Shown here: positions 47,679 to 57,610 of the stretch, in pieces
How the letters are laid out: each line of letters starts with the position of its first letter
Numbering within the stretch: the first letter of the stretch is position 1
DNA from: Candidatus Thorarchaeota archaeon
GTDB taxonomy: Archaea > Asgardarchaeota > Thorarchaeia > Thorarchaeales > Thorarchaeaceae
NCBI GenBank assembly: GCA_004524445.1
Contig: SDNP01000008.1
Span: 1 to 64,000, forward strand
Length of the DNA stretch: 64,000 nt
Direction of reading: 5' to 3'
Notes under the pieces: model-generated
Database searches by the model: none
The model's input: only the letters and a program-made list of their open reading frames with translations
Told to the model about the DNA's origin: nothing
Program-made: the position numbers and the translations under genes

Positions 47679-49584
47679 AACGGCGTGCCAGCATTGCGAA
47701 GCTGAGAGAGCTCAACGTGAAGAAATAGACTTCAGAGTCAAGTATGCCTTGGCACTGATATCGGGCATGTCACTCATTGGTGGTATATTGATAGATGTAT
47801 TCACATCAATAGGATATGTTCCTGTGATCCTATTTCTGATTTCAATACTCTCCGCGGGCAGGTGGATAATTCCAAATGGTATAAGAAGTATCATCAAGGT
47901 CCATCTGGGCATAACTTTCCTCATGACTGTTGCGGCAATCGGGGCAGTTCTAATAGGAGAACCAGCAGAGGGTGCAGCTGTGATGTTTCTGTTTTATCTT
48001 GCTGAAATACTAGAAGAGAAAGCTGGGGATAGAGCTAGAACGGAAATACAAAGTCTAATGGAACTAGAACCCCCTTCAGTTACGGTTATGGAGGATGGTC
48101 AGGAAGTATACAAATCCCCAGATGGTGTGAAAATAGGAGAAAAAATCGTCATTAAACCGGGCGATAGAATTGGAATGGACGGGGTGGTGGTAAAGGGAGA
48201 ATCACATGTAAATCAAGCATCAATCACTGGCGAGTCCAAACCTGTGCGCAAAGTCGTCGGAAATCAAGCATATGCAGGCACCCTAAATCAGGAAGGCTAT
48301 TTGGAGATAAAAGTCACAAAAGAGGCAAAGAATACATTACTGGCAAAAATCGTCGAAACTGTCAAAGGTGCACGAGAGAAAAAGGCGAAAACAGAGAGAT
48401 TTGTTTCAAGATTCTCGCACTATTATACTCCCGTAGTTGTTCTTGGTTCTTTTCTATTGGGGCTCGGAACATTCCTCCTTGGAGCTGGGATAGTAGCGGC
48501 TGTATACAGAGCACTAACACTGCTGGTGATTTCTTGTCCATGTGCATTTGCCCTATCAATTCCCGTTAGCATGGTGTCAACAATAGCGGGATCTGCCCGT
48601 GAAGGAATTCTCGTGAAGGGTGGAGAGTACATAGAGGCAACAAGTAAAGCGAAAACTGTCGTCTTTGACAAAACTGGAACACTAACAGAAGGTAAGCTTC
48701 GAGTCAGCAATATTTGTGTCCATAATCAAAATGATAAGACCGATGTCTTGAGAGTAGCATCGTCACTTGAGCAGTACTCTGAGCATCCAATTGCAAAAGC
48801 AATAATGGAAGAAACAGAGAATAGTCAAGCAAAAGTTCCACCTGCAGACACCTTTTCATCCGTGCCGGGAAAAGGCATAGTTGGAACATACAGTAGCTCA
48901 GATTACGCAGTGGGTAGTCGACAACTCATGGAAGATGAAGGGGTGGTCTTGGTCAATCAAGAAACTCATTCATGTGGACAAGGTACCCTTGTGTATGTAT
49001 CTCAAGATGGGAAGCACATTGGTACATTGGTCCTCAAGGACATCTTGCGACCCAGTGCTAAGGTGGCGATTGACCAGCTGAAAGGAAAGGGGATCAAGAC
49101 AGTAATACTGACCGGAGATAACCAGGAAGTCGCTCAAAGCGTTTCAGCTGAGGTCGGAGCTGATGACTTCAAAGCTAATATGCTACCAAATGAGAAAGTT
49201 GAGGCTGTTAAGGAAATCAGAAGAAATGGTACGGTGATTATGGTCGGTGACGGCGTTAATGACGCGCCAGCTTTAGCCACTGCGGATGTGGGCATAGCGA
49301 TGGGCGCAATATCTAGTGATGTGGCCATAGAAACAGCTGATATTGCTTTGATGGATACTGATCTTACCAAGGTTCCTTTACTCATTGAAAGAGCGAAACG
49401 GACCATGAGTATTGTTCGGAACAATGTTGGTCTATCAATTAGCTTGAAGGCAGTTCTGGGGTCTCTGTCCATATTGGGCTTAATGAGTCTCTGGCTTGCT
49501 ATAGCACTGGGAGACATGGGCCTCACAATGCTAGTTATTGCTAATGCATTCAGGCTCACTATGAAGACGAAAAGCACTGCGTAA
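47662..49584 (+). CDS. cadA: Zn/Cd/Pb-type P1B-2 ATPase
   Basis: N-terminal CQHC; TGES; SCPC; DKTGT; GDGVND; Lys and DMG in the last two TM helices. Confidence 0.9.
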   Translation: MLEISETACQHCEAERAQREEIDFRVKYALALISGMSLIGGILIDVFTSIGYVPVILFLISILSAGRWIIPNGIRSIIKVHLGITFLMTVAAIGAVLIGEPAEGAAVMFLFYLAEILEEKAGDRARTEIQSLMELEPPSVTVMEDGQEVYKSPDGVKIGEKIVIKPGDRIGMDGVVVKGESHVNQASITGESKPVRKVVGNQAYAGTLNQEGYLEIKVTKEAKNTLLAKIVETVKGAREKKAKTERFVSRFSHYYTPVVVLGSFLLGLGTFLLGAGIVAAVYRALTLLVISCPCAFALSIPVSMVSTIAGSAREGILVKGGEYIEATSKAKTVVFDKTGTLTEGKLRVSNICVHNQNDKTDVLRVASSLEQYSEHPIAKAIMEETENSQAKVPPADTFSSVPGKGIVGTYSSSDYAVGSRQLMEDEGVVLVNQETHSCGQGTLVYVSQDGKHIGTLVLKDILRPSAKVAIDQLKGKGIKTVILTGDNQEVAQSVSAEVGADDFKANMLPNEKVEAVKEIRRNGTVIMVGDGVNDAPALATADVGIAMGAISSDVAIETADIALMDTDLTKVPLLIERAKRTMSIVRNNVGLSISLKAVLGSLSILGLMSLWLAIALGDMGLTMLVIANAFRLTMKTKSTA

Positions 49585-49592
49585 TTTTCGAT

Positions 49593-51206
49593 TTACTTGT
49601 ATGAATTCAAAGCATTCATCGATAACCTGAGGAAGCCAAACACGAGAAATATGGTTAGGACTGGAAGAAGGAATAACAACAAAACGCTCTCAGCGTAGTT
49701 AGATGCTACTACAGCAATAAGGACACCCAATCCTAGGTTAATCGCAGGAAAAGAGAAGGCGATAGGTACAGGCGGATTCTGCGGGTTGTTCGTAAAAACG
49801 GGGACGTATGCTCCTGTCATTACTCCAGTGGCTGCGAAAACTGCTATCATCGGTCCCGCGAGTGTAATTATAAATGCCGAACCCGGAGCTCTGAAGAAAT
49901 AGAGCAAGAAACCAAGAATCGGCAATGCCGATAATCCAATTTCGAGAAGACTCAGTGTGTACTTCGCTAGTACGATATCACTTGAACGGAATGGTGAAGC
50001 CTTCAAAAGGTAGATATTCTCCCTTTCATCAACGAATGCCAAGAGGGCCGGTAGTGAAACAAGCTGTGCAACAAGTGCCAGAACAAGGAGGAATGCAGGA
50101 GTCAAAGACTGGCTGAGTTCGGGAGGTAGCTGAAGAGGAGGAAGCCAGGTCGGCTGGAACAAATTAAGATAGATTGCGAAAGCTGAACCAATAATGACGT
50201 AGATGTACTTCCAAAACTGTATTGGGCTCCTCATCTTGCTCCAAAAATCCTTTAGTATTATCCATCCTAGAGGATCCTGAATGCTGGAATCAGAGAAATC
50301 AACATCCCCGCGTATTCTATTTGCAATCTTGCTTTCACTTCGTTGTCTTGTTACGGCACCAGCAAATACATCGTAGAACTGTCTGTCAATTAAGTTGACT
50401 AAGAAGAGAAATGCGATTGAAGCACCAATCAGGATTAACACTAGGAAATTAGAGGGAGAAAGCCCAGGTGCATGAACATAGCTCAGCTGCATCAGAAGTA
50501 AGCCGAATATGTTCGCAGGTATAGAGATCTGAATGAAAACATTGTCTGAAAGGAACGAGCTCGACGGAAGATACGCAACAATGATCAGTGCTGCTAATGT
50601 GAGATGACGTACTCGGGTCTGAAACATGGAATTCAATTTCAGACGGATATATGAAGCAATGCCACCAAGGAAATAGTTGGTTTCTAGGAACAAAATTGTT
50701 CCAATTACAAAAAAAAGGGCAGCATTAACGAGAATGAGGGCTGATTCAACCAGGGGTAGAAAAACAACCAATGCCAATAACACATATCCAATTTTTCGGA
50801 TCACCCGTCGGATATACCTACTGATGAATAGTTGATAAGGATGGATGGGGGCAGGCATCGCGATGCTTTCATCTTCTTTTTCCCATACTGAAGCAGGGCC
50901 AACGCCGACATATCCCGAAACAATCGAAGATACCGTTATGAAGCCAAGAGCCGCAAAGATATCCGAAGGTGAAATCAACTCTTCTATGGCTTCAGCCACC
51001 CCAACAAAAAGAGCGGAGAAACTGATCAGTGTTCCAAGAATACTCGTAATGATGAAACCACCAACAAACGTAATCAAATAGAAACCGAGCATTGACGGAG
51101 AAGTGAGAGTTCTCTTAAACTGATTCCAGAGCATTCTAAACTCGTTCATAATAAGTGTAGGTAGCTGCACTCTGGACATCACCTCCTCAAGTCTGTGGGA
51201 TTCCAC
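49593..51206 (-). CDS. ABC exporter permease
   Basis: About 12 TM; DERENIYLLKASP...IVLAK; overlaps the ABC ATPase gene. Confidence 0.75.
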   Translation of the reverse strand: MESHRLEEVMSRVQLPTLIMNEFRMLWNQFKRTLTSPSMLGFYLITFVGGFIITSILGTLISFSALFVGVAEAIEELISPSDIFAALGFITVSSIVSGYVGVGPASVWEKEDESIAMPAPIHPYQLFISRYIRRVIRKIGYVLLALVVFLPLVESALILVNAALFFVIGTILFLETNYFLGGIASYIRLKLNSMFQTRVRHLTLAALIIVAYLPSSSFLSDNVFIQISIPANIFGLLLMQLSYVHAPGLSPSNFLVLILIGASIAFLFLVNLIDRQFYDVFAGAVTRQRSESKIANRIRGDVDFSDSSIQDPLGWIILKDFWSKMRSPIQFWKYIYVIIGSAFAIYLNLFQPTWLPPLQLPPELSQSLTPAFLLVLALVAQLVSLPALLAFVDERENIYLLKASPFRSSDIVLAKYTLSLLEIGLSALPILGFLLYFFRAPGSAFIITLAGPMIAVFAATGVMTGAYVPVFTNNPQNPPVPIAFSFPAINLGLGVLIAVVASNYAESVLLLFLLPVLTIFLVFGFLRLSMNALNSYK

Positions 51207-52098
51207 CTGTTAGCATCAAGAATATTTCCTCTAGAGTAGTTGCCTTATCAAAAAGAGAGCTCAATTTAGACAGGGTGCCCCTTCCAACTACGTTGCCATG
51301 GTTCATAATAATAAATCTATCACAAAGGCTTTCAGCTACCTCCAAAATGTGTGTGGAAACCAGAATTGCTGACCCTTCCTTCTTTAGACGTTTGAGAAGA
51401 GACTTCAGATTCCATGCGCCGCGCGGATCCAAACCGTAGATAGGCTCATCAAATGCCAGGATGTACGGAGGATCTCTGATGAAAATGCCAGCAAGTAATG
51501 CCCGTTGCAGATTGCCTTTCGATAGTGTACCAATGTAGGAATCAACAAACTCGTTCAAGTGGAAGAGATCAATTTGTTCCCGAATCCTAAGAATTGTATT
51601 AACTTTCGAAACGCCATATATGCGTGCCATGAAGGTCAGATACTCCCTCACCTTCAAACTGGGATAGCAGGTTGGGCGCTCAGGAATGTAGCCCAGCACT
51701 CGCTTTCCTGGAATTGGCTTCTTGCACATATCATGCCCATTAACATGAACACTTCCACTGGTAGGACGGATTATTCCGGTCAGCACTCGAAGAGTTGTAG
51801 TTTTTCCTGCGCCATTAGGGCCTACTAACCCTACTATCTCTCCAGGATTAACCTTCAGATTCAAATCACGTACAGCAACTTTCGGTCCAAATCGCTTGGT
51901 CATATTCTCAATTCGAATTGCTGGAGAAGTGAGAGGCTTAAGACCCTTTTTTTCGGTTTTCTCTAGTTCCGAAGCTATCCTATCAACTAGCTCATCCCTG
52001 ATGATGCTTCGTTGTGTCAAAGGAATGTCTAGAGCAACAGCCATGCTTACCAGCTCATTGGATGTCATCCGTTGTAAGATGTTAGTATCTGCGTCCAT
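51187..52098 (-). CDS. ABC transporter ATP-binding protein with N-terminal helical extension
   Basis: GPNGAGKTT, LSKG signature, FDEP and STH motifs; about 55 extra N-terminal residues. Confidence 0.9.
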   Translation of the reverse strand: MDADTNILQRMTSNELVSMAVALDIPLTQRSIIRDELVDRIASELEKTEKKGLKPLTSPAIRIENMTKRFGPKVAVRDLNLKVNPGEIVGLVGPNGAGKTTTLRVLTGIIRPTSGSVHVNGHDMCKKPIPGKRVLGYIPERPTCYPSLKVREYLTFMARIYGVSKVNTILRIREQIDLFHLNEFVDSYIGTLSKGNLQRALLAGIFIRDPPYILAFDEPIYGLDPRGAWNLKSLLKRLKKEGSAILVSTHILEVAESLCDRFIIMNHGNVVGRGTLSKLSSLFDKATTLEEIFLMLTGGIPQT

Positions 52099-52208
52099 GT
52101 TAGTCGTTCTCCCTATGAAGTTGCCATTCAAAGTTTTGTAGTTGAACCAATATGCACTCTAACGAACATCCATAAAACGTGTCGTTCCTTTCATCCGGAA
52201 TCAATTCC

Positions 52209-53216
52209 TCACTCCCTCCGTGATAGCATCTTTCTAATTTTTGATAGCACTAGATAAGTCACTGGGACCTTTACAAGAGCTTGCTCCTCTGGAGCCGAAC
52301 TGGCAGGCGGCTCTTCAGAAATTTCAGTTGCAGCATGCTTGTTGTAAAAGTATGCAACAATCAGTATGATTGGCGTTGGAAACGAGATGTAAAAACCTAC
52401 CCCAAACAGGAATTCCAGTATCAATGAAAATACTTCGAAAATAAATACAGAACTTGCCAGTAGTGCCGAGAGAACAAGTCTACGCCTGGAAGCATTTCCT
52501 CTCTTGAATTCCTGCAAAGTATAGATGAAATATGTTAGGGGGAATAGCACAAATATCGACAGCCATGCCACGGGGAACATTCCTAGTCTATATTCGAATG
52601 ATATTCCTCCTCCTTGGCTAGAGTATCGCGTTTCAAACCACGCTACAAAACCTATTGCTGCATAAATCATGGCAATAGAAAATGTGTCAGGTCCAACTCC
52701 CATAGAATAGAACATGGTGTAGATTGGAGCAAACACTAGGGAAACAAAGAAAACTATGGGCCAAATGTTTCGTGAATTTTTCTGGGGACTGTGCTTTGAT
52801 CTAAAACGTCTTAGAACAGGTAATAATACCGCAAATATGAGTAGCATCGAACCATAGTTTGTCAAGAATCTAGAGGGGGAATCGGTATACCCACCTGGAT
52901 ACCAACCGTAGACTTGAGTTGGAACGATAATCCATAGAACGATGATGGTCAGGATATATACGTAGACTGCTAATTGGGCCATTTGGTCTTTGCTCTTTTC
53001 ATCATTCATTCTGTACTTGAAATACGCACTGGGTAGCGTGATGAGTGCAAGATTGACCAGCTGAATGGCGAGCTGAGAAACCAAGGAGGGATATCTTCCA
53101 TAAAATAGGCCTTCAATGATAATTGGAGCTGAGGCATGGTATGAAATATTGTATGGAATAAGGAGTAAAATAAGGACTATTCCTATGAAACTCAGCCAAT
53201 ACCTCCTATTGCTCAC
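52209..53216 (-). CDS. hypothetical multi-pass membrane protein
   Basis: 335 aa with about 8 hydrophobic segments; GGAG RBS. Confidence 0.7.
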   Translation of the reverse strand: MSNRRYWLSFIGIVLILLLIPYNISYHASAPIIIEGLFYGRYPSLVSQLAIQLVNLALITLPSAYFKYRMNDEKSKDQMAQLAVYVYILTIIVLWIIVPTQVYGWYPGGYTDSPSRFLTNYGSMLLIFAVLLPVLRRFRSKHSPQKNSRNIWPIVFFVSLVFAPIYTMFYSMGVGPDTFSIAMIYAAIGFVAWFETRYSSQGGGISFEYRLGMFPVAWLSIFVLFPLTYFIYTLQEFKRGNASRRRLVLSALLASSVFIFEVFSLILEFLFGVGFYISFPTPIILIVAYFYNKHAATEISEEPPASSAPEEQALVKVPVTYLVLSKIRKMLSRRE

Positions 53217-53283
53217 CCCATGTCACTCCTGATATTCGATTCTCAAAATACATCGCGAAATAAAAAGGTTGATGGCTAACGCG

Positions 53284-53991
53284 TCATATATATCTCTGGT
53301 ACCTTATTTCAATTGGGACTTCATCTAAGAACTGAAGCTCCCAATCCGCAAGCTTTGTCCTCAATGCAAGTAAGCGGACTCCTTTATCACTTGCGTCATC
53401 AAGAGCGGCTCCAAATTCAGGATCCATCTGCCAATTCGGTGAAAAGACATGAGCATCTGGTCGTTGAATAACGAACACTACTGTAGCTTCATCGATAGCT
53501 TTTTCTTCCAGCAGAAGAGCCAAATGACGGACATGCCTTGCTCCACGGATGGTAGGCGCATCTGGAAACAATGCCCGTCCGTCTTGTACCAATGTACAAG
53601 ACTTCACTTCTATCAGAATGCTTCTTTCACCCTCTAATCTAAAATCGAATCTTCCACTATGATATGATGGTTCACTTTTGACTACCTCATACCCTTCAAA
53701 TTGTGGTAATTCATGATTTGAGAGCATCCGATACATGAATCTGTTTGGTTTGTTTGAATCGATAGAAATCAATACATCATTATGTTTGACTGCAATGAGG
53801 TCATAGTCAGTCTTCCTTTGAGGGCCTGGCTTTTCTTCAATGTACATTTCTTTTCCTTTGACCATTAGCTCTTTCATGCGACCCGGATTTGGAATGAAAA
53901 CATCGTTCTTCTGCCCGCTACAAATGACTGTACCTAGGAATCTATTTTTTCTTTCCAAAAACTGACACTGTTGGATTCTGTTCAGGAACAT
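53284..53991 (-). CDS. sfsA: SfsA DNA/RNA nuclease
   Basis: RKNRF, PNPGRM, RFDF, IEVKSCTL and FPDAPTIRGARH motifs. Confidence 0.93.
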   Translation of the reverse strand: MFLNRIQQCQFLERKNRFLGTVICSGQKNDVFIPNPGRMKELMVKGKEMYIEEKPGPQRKTDYDLIAVKHNDVLISIDSNKPNRFMYRMLSNHELPQFEGYEVVKSEPSYHSGRFDFRLEGERSILIEVKSCTLVQDGRALFPDAPTIRGARHVRHLALLLEEKAIDEATVVFVIQRPDAHVFSPNWQMDPEFGAALDDASDKGVRLLALRTKLADWELQFLDEVPIEIRYQRYI

Positions 53992-54061
53992 TACTTCCGT
54001 TTCGATTTTGGAATTTCAATGATTACCAGTCAATAAGCCTTCTGAAACAGCCCTCTACTCG

Positions 54062-55234
54062 CTAGATGAACTCCGTCAGAACCATTTGTAACTCATTTCT
54101 CGAGAGACTCGAAACCTTCACCCCGATCAGACGTAATTGTCTAGCAAAATCTAATTCTTCTTCCAGCAATGAGATAGCGGTCTTTTCCAACGCTATTCCG
54201 TCATTTGTATCGATAGGCAGGGAGCGGCTTCTTTGAATTGTTTCATAATCGGCATACCGTAGTTTGAGAGTAACAGTTCTGAACCAAAGTTTCTTTTCAT
54301 GTAGTTTTCTCGTGATACGGGCACTGATTGAACGAATCTCAGATTTCAGAAAATCGAGATTTTCAGCATCAACATCTTGCATGAATGTTCTATCTTTACT
54401 GATTGACTTCCTTATTCTTGGACCATTGTCTATCAAGGAGCGTTCATCTATGCCTAAGGCGCGATTAAGTAACCATTCAGAACCTTTACCCATAATCGGA
54501 TATAATTCGGTGATGGTCATTGCCTGCAATTGACGAATCTTTTCAATCCCATGGTCTCCGAGACGCTCTGAAGTTTTAGGCCCTATTCCGGGGATGGCTT
54601 GCAGTGGAAGTGGGGCAAGGAATTTAGCTCGCTCTTCCAAGCCTTGACCAACAACGGTTATGCCCTCAGGTTTCTCAATGTCCGAGGCAATCTTGGCCAG
54701 AGTCATATTCGGTGCCACACCTATTGAACATGGAAGACTTGTTTCTTCCTTCACAGCTTTCTGTATCAACCTAGCCAATTTCGCAGCATCTTCTTGAGTT
54801 CTACAGCTGTCTGTTGTTTCTATGTAGGCTTCGTCAATACTTGCTCTTCGCACACGTTCGCCATCAGCATATTGCCTGAGAACATCCATAAATTCATCAG
54901 AAGCCTCCGTATAACTCGAAAAGTCACCCTGAACAAAAATCGCATCTGGACATAGTTTATAGGCTTTTGAAACGGGCATTCCTGATTTTATGCCAAATCT
55001 TCGAGCTTCATATGATGCTGCTCGTACCACACCTCGGCCTCTGCCTTTCTTTGGATCGTGTCCTACGCAGACAGGTTGACCCACTAACTCAGGGTAATGG
55101 CGATATTGCTCAACCGAAGCGAAGAATGCATCCATATCAATATGCATTATCCACCTTTTCAATCCAGCACCCAAGGATATGTCCCCTAGTAATCCTTTCT
55201 CAGTTTTGTGATTTAATGATTCACTTGAAACCAC
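54062..55234 (-). CDS. dinB: Y-family DNA polymerase IV (DinB/Dpo4)
   Basis: HIDMDAFFASVE, ASYEAR, SIDEAY and LAKIASD..KP motifs. Confidence 0.95.
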   Translation of the reverse strand: MVSSESLNHKTEKGLLGDISLGAGLKRWIMHIDMDAFFASVEQYRHYPELVGQPVCVGHDPKKGRGRGVVRAASYEARRFGIKSGMPVSKAYKLCPDAIFVQGDFSSYTEASDEFMDVLRQYADGERVRRASIDEAYIETTDSCRTQEDAAKLARLIQKAVKEETSLPCSIGVAPNMTLAKIASDIEKPEGITVVGQGLEERAKFLAPLPLQAIPGIGPKTSERLGDHGIEKIRQLQAMTITELYPIMGKGSEWLLNRALGIDERSLIDNGPRIRKSISKDRTFMQDVDAENLDFLKSEIRSISARITRKLHEKKLWFRTVTLKLRYADYETIQRSRSLPIDTNDGIALEKTAISLLEEELDFARQLRLIGVKVSSLSRNELQMVLTEFI

Positions 55235-55274
55235 ATTAGGTGAGTGGAGAGTAGAGCGAATCTATTATGTCGGA

Positions 55275-56252
55275 TTATGAAGATTCGGAGTTAATCATGG
55301 CATAGTAGTTTTCGAAGAATGAGCTGAGATCCACATTTCCACCACTTAGAATCACTCCAATTCTCTGTTTTTGAAACCTTTTTCCTTCACTCAAGAGGGC
55401 AGCTAATGGCACTGCTCCTGACGGCTCAACTACTAGTTTCATTCTCTCCCACAGCAGTCGCATTGCATCTACAATCTCAGTTTCAGTAACAAGTACGATT
55501 TCATCGACATTTTCAGAAATGATATTAAAGGTGAGCTCAGCAAGGCTAGTTCGCAAGCCGTCTGCTATTGTATTGGGTTTGATGCTGGGGTAAATTTTAC
55601 CATCCCTAATTGAACGGTATGCATCATCTGCCTGCTTCGGTTCCGCTCCTATTACTTTCGTGGATTCCGAAAGGCCCTTGACAGCAATACTAGTTCCGCT
55701 GATAAGACCACCTCCCCCTATTGGGCAGAATAATGCATCTAACTCCCCGTACTCTTGCACAAGCTCCAGAGCAGCAGTGCCTGCCCCCGCTATTATTTGC
55801 TCATTATCATAGGGATGTATCAAGAAATACCCATGCTGCTTTACAAGCTCATTTGCAGTATAGACCCTGCTTTCAACAGTAGGCTCGCAGAATACTATTG
55901 AAGCGCCATAGCCTCTGGTGGCATCAACCTTAACCTGTGGAGCATTACTTGGCATCACAATTGTAGCTTTCACGCCGAGCTTCGAGGCTGCCAGCGAAAG
56001 CGCCTGTGCATGATTACCTGAGGAATGCGTTACAACACCCCGTGTCTTTTGTTCTTCGTCTAATTGTGAAACAGCATTCAGGGCTCCTCTGAATTTGAAG
56101 GCGCCAACACGCTGGAAGTTTTCACATTTGAAGAATACTTCAGAGTTAGTCATTTCATTGATAGTATTCGATGTCATGACAGGTGTCTTGATTACATGCT
56201 CCCTAATGCGTGAATGTGCCTCTTGTACATCTTGTAAGGAAATCATCTTCAT
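55275..56252 (-). CDS. PLP threonine/serine dehydratase or serine racemase family
   Basis: KCENFQRVGAFKFRGA, SSGNHAQA, GGGGL and LSGGN; no ACT domain. Confidence 0.92.
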   Translation of the reverse strand: MKMISLQDVQEAHSRIREHVIKTPVMTSNTINEMTNSEVFFKCENFQRVGAFKFRGALNAVSQLDEEQKTRGVVTHSSGNHAQALSLAASKLGVKATIVMPSNAPQVKVDATRGYGASIVFCEPTVESRVYTANELVKQHGYFLIHPYDNEQIIAGAGTAALELVQEYGELDALFCPIGGGGLISGTSIAVKGLSESTKVIGAEPKQADDAYRSIRDGKIYPSIKPNTIADGLRTSLAELTFNIISENVDEIVLVTETEIVDAMRLLWERMKLVVEPSGAVPLAALLSEGKRFQKQRIGVILSGGNVDLSSFFENYYAMINSESS

Positions 56253-56391
56253 CAGCTTTCTAGTCCCTGAATCTGATGCAATCAGTATGATTGCTTGGAA
56301 ACAGCATCAATCACCTCTCATCATAAGACTATCCATCAGAAGATGCCCTCAATGCAGATCTACTTTCTGTTTTGTCACAGACTCAAACGAC

Positions 56392-56859
56392 CTATTCATC
56401 ATCCCATAGGCCTACAGGCCCTGGGGGCGGGCTAAACTTGTAGATCAGAATAGAAGCTATGAATGGTATAGGCACAGGCATTCCAAATGGAAAAATATCT
56501 CCAGCGGCAAGTCTTGATAAGAAAGAAATTGAAGCTGAAAAAGCTATTGGCATTTCACTCAATACCCCCAGCAGTGCTGTTGCCATTTTTGATGCCTTTG
56601 CACGATATAACCTATACATTTGCAGAGCGAGTAGAAACCTGAATGGAGAGAAGAACAGGAGATTAGGAATGATGATTGTCATTGGATAGATTTGAAAAAT
56701 CGATTCCTGTGAGAAGGGGTTCCAAGATGAGAAAATCCAAAACATTGAGTATTCTATGCGGCCTGATATAAATACGAGAGTGACTTGTAAAGGCACCAAC
56801 AAACCAAGAAATGCGATCAGCAGACCTATGCATAATGCATACCGGGAGTCATTTTTCAT
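56392..56859 (-). CDS. hypothetical membrane protein
   Basis: About 4 TM; similar to the C-terminal half of 52209..53216. Confidence 0.65.
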   Translation of the reverse strand: MKNDSRYALCIGLLIAFLGLLVPLQVTLVFISGRIEYSMFWIFSSWNPFSQESIFQIYPMTIIIPNLLFFSPFRFLLALQMYRLYRAKASKMATALLGVLSEMPIAFSASISFLSRLAAGDIFPFGMPVPIPFIASILIYKFSPPPGPVGLWDDE

Positions 56860-56961
56860 TCTATTTACCCTCGCTACACATTCTAATGAATTCGTTCCTT
56901 CCAATATCCGACGCTATCGGAAAACCAGTCCTTTCAGTGTTGCACGGTTCTTTATCTGATT

Positions 56962-57474
56962 TTATTTTTCTTGACCATATTTTCCGTAAGACACAATATC
57001 TTCAAGGGGTTTTCGCGTCTTTGTCGGCGTGGTGCGACTATATCCTAGTGAAACGCAGCAGATAACCCGATACTTGTCAGGAATATCCAACAACTGTTTG
57101 AATTTGGGTTCAATCGAGGTGTCTCTAACTCCCATCCAACATGTGCCAAGTCCTTGGGCATAAGCAGCCAATAGCATATTCTGTACTGCATTGTGTGGGT
57201 CTGCGAGATGGTACTTGGGGTGGGATTCAGGGTCACCAAGCACAACAATAACAACCGGTGATTCTGCCATGAATCTGCCATACGTGTGCTGATTAGCCAT
57301 TGTATTCCGAGCACCAGGGTCCCTAACCACAATGAAATGCCAAGGTTGCTTGTTGGATGCTGACGGGGCCCATCTTCCTGCTTCTAAAACCTTCTCTAGC
57401 TTATCATCTTCAACAGGGGCATCCTTGTATTTCCTTATACTTCTTCGCTCTCGAATAGCCTCTAATACATCCAT
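56962..57474 (-). CDS. nitroreductase family protein
   Basis: RRSIRKY, APSASNKQPW and LAAYAQGLGTCW motifs. Confidence 0.93.
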   Translation of the reverse strand: MDVLEAIRERRSIRKYKDAPVEDDKLEKVLEAGRWAPSASNKQPWHFIVVRDPGARNTMANQHTYGRFMAESPVVIVVLGDPESHPKYHLADPHNAVQNMLLAAYAQGLGTCWMGVRDTSIEPKFKQLLDIPDKYRVICCVSLGYSRTTPTKTRKPLEDIVSYGKYGQEK

Positions 57475-57610
57475 GGTTGGTCACATTATATGAATAAATT
57501 AGGCGTTTTAAATGACTGGTTAACTACTCGGTTCATTGACTGTACAGAACATAACACTCAAAATCAATACGAGCAAGCGTCGATTTAGCTATGACTCGGA
57601 GAACAATTCC

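Noticed and set aside
38675-47923. Composite transposon or prophage
   Set aside because: The flanking repeats are diverged host-type genes; no transposase, integrase, terminal inverted repeats or viral genes were seen
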